The position numbers and the translations under genes are program-made. Positions 56,632-64,000 of a DNA stretch of 64,000 nt are shown in pieces. The notes under the pieces were generated by a model. It was given only the letters and a program-made list of their open reading frames with translations, was not told the origin of the DNA and made no database searches. Positions within the stretch are counted from its first letter, which is position 1, and every line of letters starts with the position of its first letter. Source of the stretch: a virus; the IMG/VR virus record IMGVR_UViG_3300012953_000014, positions 1 through 64,000 of that record. One strand, 5' to 3'.

Positions 56632-58890
56632 TTAAACGACGTTTAAGTCCATTTCCCTCTCTAAACTATTTAGTACCGCTCTTCCAAATTCTCTGTTATT
56701 TATCTTTAAAACGACTGTTGTGTTGCCACTGTTTCCTCCGCCGCCACTACTTGATTGGACACCAGATGGGGCAGCACTGGAAAATGCTGCTGCTGAGGCT
56801 GCTGCGTTTTGCGCGGACATCGCTTTGACCAATGCCGTCGCTCGGTTGATTGTGTCGTCGCCTGCTGCGTTTGCTGCAACAAATGCCTCTTTCAAACTGA
56901 CCATTGCTTGTGTTACGCCAGAAACATTTCCTGTCGCAAGTTTTCCAAGCCCACTTGAAAATAGACCTAATGCTATCAAGTCAGAGCTGCTTATTAATCG
57001 AAGGGCGATTCCGATTGCGCCAATACCTGCTGCGAGCGCAAAAAAGCCCGGACCAACAAGCATCGCTATTCCGGCAGCAGCCAATAATAAACCGGTTATT
57101 GCAGTTAAACCAACAATGACCTCTGTTAAGATTCCACCTGCTGCGGCTTCAGATAAGACACTAAACATGTCGACAAAGCCTTTTACTGCTAAATATATTC
57201 CTGCACCCACCAAAGCAACGCCTGCGCCCACAGCTAACATTGATAGTCCAAGGGTGGCTAATCCAGGTGCTGCTGCTGTAGAAGCTGCGCCTAAAGCTGT
57301 AACACCTCCGCTGGCGGTTTTTGCGCCGAAGCCAAAGGCCGGAAGTAATTTGCCTGCGATGGTTAAAGCGGGACCAAGAGCAAAAACTATAACTTTAAAA
57401 GCCAATGATGCAGCCACAAGAAGCCCTATTGCTGTTGCAGCATTTCTGTTTTCTTCTGCAAACTTAGTCATGGAAGTTATAAAACCTGAAATCTTGTCAA
57501 TCGCTGGCCCCATCGTTATTGCAAAAGATTGCATTAAGAAGTTCAACTTATCCATTACAGAATTAACTGCTGCAATCCTCTCTTCCTTTTGTCTCTCTTT
57601 TGCTATCTGCTCAGCAGACTGGATCGTAAAAAGTTTTGAAGCTTTGGTTAGATCCCCTTGTGTTGCAATGTTTGCAAACATTTGTTTTTCATGTTGGTTC
57701 ATCGCTGAAAAGTTGCGACCAGTTTGCAAGAAACTTTCACGAAGCATCTCAATTCTTTCTGCATCTGTTGCGGTCAAAAGTTCAACACTGTTTAGCAAGT
57801 TTCCACCAAGAACTGCGTTTAGTTGACCTGCCATCATTGCGGCTGATTCAAACGTATTTAGACCTTGTGTGATTGATATCAAATCTCTCATCGCTATGCC
57901 TAAGTTCTTCGACTGAAGGGATAGTTCGGTGAATACTTGTTTTCCAACCACATCACCAAATCTTATAAATATATCTGTCGCTTCAGATATGTTTTGAGCA
58001 ATTTGTTGTGTTGAAACACCAATATCAAGATTTGTGATATCGTCTAATAGTGATGCGGCGGCCTGTGAAGACATTCCAAGACCTTTTGTAAAGGTGTTGA
58101 GTATATCTGCTGAAGTTCCTGCATCAACTCCGAGTTTGTCCAACTTTGACACGAGACCTGTAAGTTGTTTTTGTGTTTCGGCGGATTCGTTTGTAAATGC
58201 CGCCATATTTGTATAAAGTGCGCCCATTGAGGCTGCATTTTCTCTAACACCAATGCCAAACTGTAAATTTCCAGTTGACATTTCATTAATCATTTGATTA
58301 TATCGTCCACCCTCACCAGTTAGTTCGTTAAAACTGGCTGCGGCGGAATCATACATTCCCGCTACGAGAATTGTTGAATCAAGAATGTGATCAAACACAC
58401 CCGCTACTAAATTCGACACGGAAAATGTTTTTTTCAGTTGTTCTGTAAAACTTTTTTGATATTCTTCGTTTTTGCCCAGTAAGTGAAGCCTGTTTGTTAG
58501 TTTGCCGACTATTGTTTCTTCATAACTTGCTTGAAGGCCAAGCATTTCTCCAAAACCTTTGGCAAGCTGCTGAGCATCACCTCTGAGTTCGTTTTGTTTT
58601 TCAATATCTTTATTAGAATCTTGAATAGCACTGCTATTTTCGGCTAATAAATCTTGTATTTCACTATATCTCTTGCTAGCCTTATCTAAACCGATGAGTT
58701 CGATTCTTAATTCTGCATTGGCTTGTTCTCTGGCAGCAACATTTTGTTTAATTAAATTTGAAGTTGTTTGTTCTTGTTCATATCGTTCTTTGGCAAGCTC
58801 AAACGCTTCCTTTTGCAGTTGGAGCGCTTCTTGAAGCCTTGCGAGTTGTTCGGGGCTTGGGGTGTTCCCGTTATCGTTGCCATTAGCCAT
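56632..58890 (-). CDS. Tape measure protein
   Basis: Long helical Ala/Gly-rich ORF with hydrophobic segments; position in the tail module. Confidence 0.8.
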   Translation of the reverse strand: MANGNDNGNTPSPEQLARLQEALQLQKEAFELAKERYEQEQTTSNLIKQNVAAREQANAELRIELIGLDKASKRYSEIQDLLAENSSAIQDSNKDIEKQNELRGDAQQLAKGFGEMLGLQASYEETIVGKLTNRLHLLGKNEEYQKSFTEQLKKTFSVSNLVAGVFDHILDSTILVAGMYDSAAASFNELTGEGGRYNQMINEMSTGNLQFGIGVRENAASMGALYTNMAAFTNESAETQKQLTGLVSKLDKLGVDAGTSADILNTFTKGLGMSSQAAASLLDDITNLDIGVSTQQIAQNISEATDIFIRFGDVVGKQVFTELSLQSKNLGIAMRDLISITQGLNTFESAAMMAGQLNAVLGGNLLNSVELLTATDAERIEMLRESFLQTGRNFSAMNQHEKQMFANIATQGDLTKASKLFTIQSAEQIAKERQKEERIAAVNSVMDKLNFLMQSFAITMGPAIDKISGFITSMTKFAEENRNAATAIGLLVAASLAFKVIVFALGPALTIAGKLLPAFGFGAKTASGGVTALGAASTAAAPGLATLGLSMLAVGAGVALVGAGIYLAVKGFVDMFSVLSEAAAGGILTEVIVGLTAITGLLLAAAGIAMLVGPGFFALAAGIGAIGIALRLISSSDLIALGLFSSGLGKLATGNVSGVTQAMVSLKEAFVAANAAGDDTINRATALVKAMSAQNAAASAAAFSSAAPSGVQSSSGGGGNSGNTTVVLKINNREFGRAVLNSLEREMDLNVV

Positions 58891-58903
58891 GTTTATTTAC
58901 CGT

Positions 58904-59224
58904 TTATTTTATTGGCCATTTAAGACCGGTTTTCCTCTCAAATGATCTTACAGCAGAATCTAACACAGACTTGTTTTTATATGTTCTTGGGTTATCTAAT
59001 CCGTATTTCATATACGAATCCATGTATCTTTTCTCTTTTGATATTGTGCTTGCAAAAGAAGCAACATCGGACTTTGATCCACGAACGGTAACAGGCACTG
59101 ATGAATCACCAAACATTCTTTTCAAAAGCACTTTAGTCCAAAAGCCGAACATTCTAAGCCAACCTTCATCAAGTTGGTTCTTGTTTGTTAAATCTATTAC
59201 AATTGGTGTGAGTTCTTTGTCCAT
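58904..59224 (-). CDS. Hypothetical late protein
   Basis: AGGAG SD and ACTAATTA at 59244-59251. Confidence 0.65.
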   Translation of the reverse strand: MDKELTPIVIDLTNKNQLDEGWLRMFGFWTKVLLKRMFGDSSVPVTVRGSKSDVASFASTISKEKRYMDSYMKYGLDNPRTYKNKSVLDSAVRSFERKTGLKWPIK

Positions 59225-59261
59225 AATACTTCTCCTAATATATTAATTAGTAACTCAATAA

Positions 59262-59288
59262 AATAAAAAGCCCTCGCAAGGAGGGCTT
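59262..59288 (-). terminator. Intrinsic terminator
   Basis: agccctc-cttgc-gagggct followed by U-tract. Confidence 0.75.
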
Positions 59289-59292
59289 GAAA

Positions 59293-59493
59293 TTAGCGGC
59301 TACGAGACTTCCTCATAGCACTATCATATTCTTCTTTTTCGTCTTCAAAGTGTTTTACCAATCTTTTGACGAACCACTCTCTGAGTCCGATGGGCAAGTT
59401 ATAAGCCTCTGTAAAACTCCAACCTCCATGAAACTTTAATATAAAGAATTCTTCATAGAGGTTTTTAGTATACTCATCGGTCAGGCCAAAAAA
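59293..59493 (-). CDS. gp51-like / frameshift extension of tail assembly chaperone (no canonical start)
   Basis: Manual translation FFGLTDEYTKNLYEEFFILKFHGGWSFTEAYNLPIGLREWFVKRL...RSR* in the +1 frame from the T7 tract. Confidence 0.7.
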   Translation of the reverse strand, partial: FFGLTDEYTKNLYEEFFILKFHGGWSFTEAYNLPIGLREWFVKRLVKHFEDEKEEYDSAMRKSRSR

Positions 59494-60310
59494 AGTTGGC
59501 TGAAAACGGAATATTTACTTGTGATACTTGTTCGCATTCTGGACAAGCAAACTCGTGTTTCATATCCACATTTGGAGCGACTTTATCATACATTTTAATC
59601 AAATATGAGGCATCAAATGCGGGCATGACATCAATAAACTTTTCAACCAACCCCCTTTCTGTTTCTCCATTTAGGGAAACAATGAGCATTTTATATTGTT
59701 CTGTCAAAGTTGTGTCTGGTAGTTTCAACTTCTTCCGTTTTTCTGCAACTTGGAAAAGTTTCTTTTCGTCATTTCCATCAAACAGGCGACACTCAACCTC
59801 AACTTGAGATCTTGGTAATGTTACAGTAAATGTTCCATTCTCTGACACTTCAATATCATCTGAAGCTTCTTTAATATTGATTTCCTGCAAATCAAATGAA
59901 TGATCTGTAGTAGCTGTACAGTTTGGGCATGTGACCTTAACATCATAGTTGGGTCCAAATCCGTTAATCCTGCAAGCAACAATGATTGCGTTTCTGTCGC
60001 CAGAATATAAATCATTTACTTTAATGTCTGAATCTACAATTACGTTTTGTAGCATTCGCTCCACTGCAACACCTTTCTTTAATAATGACTTTGATGTTAA
60101 GATATCTGTATCTTTCGCTGTCATGTGTCGAATTTCGATTGAATCCACATTATGAAGTGGATGTCCTTCGGCATAAAACTTACCCCTTGATGGTAAGTCT
60201 ACAAATTCTGTTGGTGTTACAAAGTTGAAAATAGATTCTTTATTATCTACAACTGGTGGTGGCGAATTCTTTGCTTTTTTCGCTTCGAGGCGACCCTCGT
60301 TTCTTGGCAT
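59474..60310 (-). CDS. T4 gp26-like baseplate hub/tail assembly chaperone
   Basis: VDLPSRGKFY, MTAKDTDILT, CPNC, CPEC, NFFWP. Confidence 0.8.
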   Translation of the reverse strand: MPRNEGRLEAKKAKNSPPPVVDNKESIFNFVTPTEFVDLPSRGKFYAEGHPLHNVDSIEIRHMTAKDTDILTSKSLLKKGVAVERMLQNVIVDSDIKVNDLYSGDRNAIIVACRINGFGPNYDVKVTCPNCTATTDHSFDLQEINIKEASDDIEVSENGTFTVTLPRSQVEVECRLFDGNDEKKLFQVAEKRKKLKLPDTTLTEQYKMLIVSLNGETERGLVEKFIDVMPAFDASYLIKMYDKVAPNVDMKHEFACPECEQVSQVNIPFSANFFWPDR

Positions 60311-60331
60311 ATAAACCTCTTCTTTATATTA

Positions 60332-60892
60332 TTATAATAAGTCAGCAGATACCGCATTAGAAGGTAGCTTGCCGCGACCTTTAAACTGACTAATGGCGTT
60401 ATCATACCGCAAGGTGATTTCAACGTTCAAAAGATCTTCTGAATCATAATCTAAATCACCAAAATTGACATCTTTAATCCATGGATTGTGAAGCTTCCAT
60501 GCTTCGACATTCTTACCTTCAGAATCAATCTGGCGAATGATGACTGAACTCATTGCACCAACAGACAACTCTTTCGAGATTGTGGAGGTAACTCCCTCAC
60601 TCACTGGTGTTCTGTAGCCGGAGGCTTCAAGGATTTCCATCACTGCTGCCGATGCATTATCAACTGGGTCGACAACATCAACAATAGTGAAGTTAACTTC
60701 ATTCCACGTTAGTTTACCAGGATAGTAAAAAGTATGATTCAGGAACTTGTGCTCGCTTTCACTAATCGAGAAAGATGGTTTTGTTACCTTCTTGATTAAA
60801 AAGTTTTTTACTGCTGTATTAGCACCCACAACACTCATCAAAAATCGATAAGATCTCTTTGGTTGTATTTTTGCGTCATTCCAAAATGTCAT
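60332..60892 (-). CDS. Tail tube protein (gp19-like)
   Basis: PKRSYRF, YYPGKLTW, WKLHNPWIKDVNFGDLDY...ITLRYD. Confidence 0.85.
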   Translation of the reverse strand: MTFWNDAKIQPKRSYRFLMSVVGANTAVKNFLIKKVTKPSFSISESEHKFLNHTFYYPGKLTWNEVNFTIVDVVDPVDNASAAVMEILEASGYRTPVSEGVTSTISKELSVGAMSSVIIRQIDSEGKNVEAWKLHNPWIKDVNFGDLDYDSEDLLNVEITLRYDNAISQFKGRGKLPSNAVSADLL

Positions 60893-60915
60893 ATATTTGT
60901 TCTCCTAGTTATTCT

Positions 60916-60923
60916 TAAATAGT
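60916..60923 (-). promoter_or_regulatory. ACTATTTA putative late promoter of the tail tube gene
   Basis: Intergenic motif upstream of an AGGAG SD. Confidence 0.6.
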
Positions 60924-60936
60924 ATCCTTTATACTT

Positions 60937-63900
60937 TTAGTCCTCAAATGAGGCTCCGGTTCTTGTAATAATGAAGTCAATCGCAATAAACTCAATAGCT
61001 CTTGCAGGTTTGAGATAAATCTTCGCATACAAAATGTTTCTATCAACCAAATCTGGTGTGGTTGTTGTCTCATCAAGGATTATTCGGTAATCCATCAAGC
61101 CTTGTCCAGCAACAATGCTGTCTAGGAATGGGCCAACCTGTCCAGTAAAACGATCCCATGTCGATTGAACATTTTGTTCGAACAACAATCTGGATGCAAT
61201 GAATGAAACTTGACGCTTAACCAGAATCAATAGTCTTCTGACGTTGATTCTGTCCAGTGCAGATGGGGTCACTTGCAAGGTCTTCTGTCCGAAGATTACA
61301 ATGCCTTCCGCTGGGAATTGTGCGATTGGGTTAATGTTTGCTCCGTATAAATCATCTCGATCTTTTGAGCGCAATCGTTGTTTAACACCAGTCACTGGAA
61401 TGCCAGCAGCACCTTCGCTTAGTCCGCCGCGAGTAAACCCGGCTGGCGCAAACCAAACATCAGATTTTGCTTGAGCACTAGAAAGAGTTCCGAGTGCAAC
61501 AACCGATGGAGGAACAAAAATGTTTCTTCCACTATCGCGGTCGCGAACTTGAACGAACGGGTAATATGCGGCTGCATAACTCGTGTTCAACGCTCGGGAT
61601 TCAAGGTTACTGATTGTTGTATCAACATCACCTTTTCGGTCAGCTTCTGTTTGATTGCTCAAACCTTCGGCTGGTGGCGTATAATCGCCAGCCAAATCGA
61701 TGATTGCCAAAGCATCTGCTCTGTTTTCACATGTAGAAATCATATGGTCTTGAGCAGGGGTTGATGTGATACCTGGCATTGCAATCATGTTCATTTGAAC
61801 ATCTTCTGGGTCTGCCACTACATCAACTGCCATCTTGACCGAGTTCATTGCATAGCTTGTTAATTCTGTCTTACCGGAAGCAAGAGCGCGAGTATTATTA
61901 AATGGTTCGGCTTCTTGGATATTAAGTCCGTCGAAACCGCCGATAAGTGGCATTGTGAACTTATCAAATCCATTATCAAGAACAGTCTTATAACCGCTAC
62001 TGCCTGTTGAAGTCATAGAAGAACCACTCCAGAACGCAGCAGTAGTAGCACCGCCTTTTCCTTGATGAGAACCTGAAAGCCATACTGCAATCGTTCCACT
62101 ACCATGACCTGATGTTCCTGTTAGGCAAAGATCATCAAGTGTGAACAAGTATGAGTATTCGAGACCTCCATCATTTGTTGTAGCTCCATTATTTGTTGGT
62201 ATTGAAACCGCACTTGAATATCCATCTTGTGCTGAAATACCGCTTGGGAATGCTCTTACTAGATCCTGATAGGACTCGTCATATCGGGAAAAGTCATTTG
62301 GTCTACTTGTGGAAGATCCAAAGTAAGCATCTTGATTGCTATTTAAACTACCTTGACTTGAACTGTCTCTTATCGTAATAGATGGGAAGAATACTGATGC
62401 AGAAATTTTGCTAGCATCTGTCCAAGCAAATGAAGAAGTTGATTGAGGAAAATGTCTAAATGATTTTTCAGATCCAGTTGAAGGAACAAAACCAGACCAG
62501 TTCTCTGTACCTTGACGGCCTTCGAGGTCATCGGCACCACCGGCAAGACGTGATTTGATATAAGAGCCACTGAAGAAGGAATAACCTTTCCACCGAACAG
62601 GTCCATAGAAACCAAATGGTAAGAACGCTGCATTGGTTTTTGCGGTCTCAACGGCAGAGTTCATCTCAACTCTAATATATTTTGAGTTTGCCGCATAACC
62701 TCCATAGGTACGATATTCTCTCTTTGTATCATCAAACTCGACATATTGATCGCCAATCTTTCTTGCAATAAAGTTTGGAGAATTTGGATCCAAGTTGCAC
62801 ATCGTAAACTGTTCTACGATTTGTGGAGCTTCATCGACATCTCGTGCAAGTCTTACTTGGACTGTAAATGTTCCGTACTCATCAAACTGATTTGTTGGTC
62901 CTCTAATGTCTGCAATAGAAATCTTGAGATTTTGAGCTTCCCAAGCACCGGCATTGTGAGTTACAAACCTAAATAGTTTTTGTTGATTTTGCGGCTGAAA
63001 ACTACCTGTCGCACCAAAATTCTGGGCAAAGGTCCAGCCAGTTCTTGCATTAGCAGTACTTCTCAGGTGTTCGTTTTGTGTAGCCGAGGCTGAAATTAAT
63101 GGCGCTGTATAAGCGTAAAAAGTGTCTGTATTGATGTACTTATCAACCATGCTTTCAAAAGATTCGCCCAAGAAATAGGTTTTTGCTGTGCCACCAACAC
63201 TTGTTTCATCGTTTGTTAATGTTGGGTTTGTGTTGAATGCTCTTCGGATAAAGTTCTTGCTAGTTCGGCTAAAGTTAAATAAAATACTTCGGTCACCATC
63301 ACTACCGGTTAAGCCCTGTTCGGCGCTTGTTTCTTTTCCAGCGCCTGCGCCGATGATGTTTGCTCTTATGTTGCCATTCGAGTCGGATTGAACCACGACA
63401 TTAGCGCCTGAAACAGCATTGCCGCCGTTTTCTGCAATACTCTTACCAGCAACCTCAACGGTTCCAGTCACACAATAAAAAACTGCGGCCAAGGTTCCTG
63501 TGAGTTGAGTGGTTCCGCTTCCTGAAGGAAGTAGGAATAGCCCGATGCCTCCGCCTGGTCCTTGAGTAGTCGGAGCAGAACCAATCTTCCAACCAGCAGC
63601 ACCTTCTGCTTGTGTTGTGCCAGCATTTGTGTGTGCTTTGCCAAGAAGTCTAACGTAAGTGATTGGTGTACTGTTCCGCAAATAGGCTTCTGCTGCGTAT
63701 GTTCCGTATGCGGGAGATAGAACATCAGGACCATCTCTCCATGGATCCCGGCCAGAGTTACCTGGTACTGGGTTTCCAAAAATTTCTACAAAATCAGACA
63801 TCGAGTCTACTTGAACAGCTCGAAGTCCTGGTCCTCTATTTGCGCGACCGATGATGACTGGTCCTACATCTGCGGGGGTATCTGGTAGTTGAGAGTTGTC

Positions 63901-63954
63901 GATTTCTGCAACTTTAACTCCAGGGGATACAAATCTAAACTTATTGATTGGCAT
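60937..63954 (-). CDS. Tail sheath protein
   Basis: FVSPGVKVAEID, WFAPAGFTRG, INPI, GQKTLQ...SALDRINVRRL, KPARAIEFI. Confidence 0.95.
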   Translation of the reverse strand: MPINKFRFVSPGVKVAEIDNSQLPDTPADVGPVIIGRANRGPGLRAVQVDSMSDFVEIFGNPVPGNSGRDPWRDGPDVLSPAYGTYAAEAYLRNSTPITYVRLLGKAHTNAGTTQAEGAAGWKIGSAPTTQGPGGGIGLFLLPSGSGTTQLTGTLAAVFYCVTGTVEVAGKSIAENGGNAVSGANVVVQSDSNGNIRANIIGAGAGKETSAEQGLTGSDGDRSILFNFSRTSKNFIRRAFNTNPTLTNDETSVGGTAKTYFLGESFESMVDKYINTDTFYAYTAPLISASATQNEHLRSTANARTGWTFAQNFGATGSFQPQNQQKLFRFVTHNAGAWEAQNLKISIADIRGPTNQFDEYGTFTVQVRLARDVDEAPQIVEQFTMCNLDPNSPNFIARKIGDQYVEFDDTKREYRTYGGYAANSKYIRVEMNSAVETAKTNAAFLPFGFYGPVRWKGYSFFSGSYIKSRLAGGADDLEGRQGTENWSGFVPSTGSEKSFRHFPQSTSSFAWTDASKISASVFFPSITIRDSSSQGSLNSNQDAYFGSSTSRPNDFSRYDESYQDLVRAFPSGISAQDGYSSAVSIPTNNGATTNDGGLEYSYLFTLDDLCLTGTSGHGSGTIAVWLSGSHQGKGGATTAAFWSGSSMTSTGSSGYKTVLDNGFDKFTMPLIGGFDGLNIQEAEPFNNTRALASGKTELTSYAMNSVKMAVDVVADPEDVQMNMIAMPGITSTPAQDHMISTCENRADALAIIDLAGDYTPPAEGLSNQTEADRKGDVDTTISNLESRALNTSYAAAYYPFVQVRDRDSGRNIFVPPSVVALGTLSSAQAKSDVWFAPAGFTRGGLSEGAAGIPVTGVKQRLRSKDRDDLYGANINPIAQFPAEGIVIFGQKTLQVTPSALDRINVRRLLILVKRQVSFIASRLLFEQNVQSTWDRFTGQVGPFLDSIVAGQGLMDYRIILDETTTTPDLVDRNILYAKIYLKPARAIEFIAIDFIITRTGASFED

Positions 63955-64000
63955 TTATAACGTTCTCCTTAAATAACAACTGACACTTTTAAAGTCTTTA

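Noticed and set aside
56720-57826. 368-aa plus-strand ORF
   Set aside because: Antisense shadow of the Ala/Gly-rich tape measure gene; no RBS or motifs. The same applies to the other short antisense ORFs in the track.
1-64000. Stop-codon reassignment as in some large phages
   Set aside because: Long genes are intact in code 11, and TAA, TAG and TGA all terminate well-recognised genes.

Overview
This window is a 64-kb segment of a large, AT-rich contractile-tailed (myovirus-like) bacteriophage. It uses the standard genetic code, and nearly all genes are on the minus strand. In transcription order (right to left) it holds: (i) a tail module (sheath, tube, gp26-like chaperone with a probable frameshift extension, tape measure, baseplate); (ii) a replication and nucleotide module (family-A polymerase fragment, tubulin/FtsZ-like protein, gp32-like SSB, RecA, 5'-3' exonuclease, DnaB, class II RNR, ThyX, dUTPase, DnaE, adenine MTase); (iii) sugar-nucleotide genes (eukaryote-type PMM, PMI-type cupin, NTP-transferase-like); (iv) an inverted plus-strand fibre cassette; (v) host-type proteostasis and Fe-S genes (groEL, groES, hsp20, clpP, iscU); (vi) lysis-related genes; (vii) a ~9-kb cassette of unrelated enzymes and basic modules sharing short amphipathic N-terminal peptides (MKLLxExWRxFLxE or MKIxxxxLxxIIxEE), interpreted as capsid-packaged cargo; and (viii) a myxobacterial-type Cys-repeat/vWA lipoprotein and a partial MoxR-type AAA ATPase. 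Two promoter classes are visible: sigma70-like TTGACA-N17-TANNNT, often leaderless, before early genes, and an ACTATTTA motif mostly before virion-related genes. All product calls come from motif recognition by eye, not database searches.
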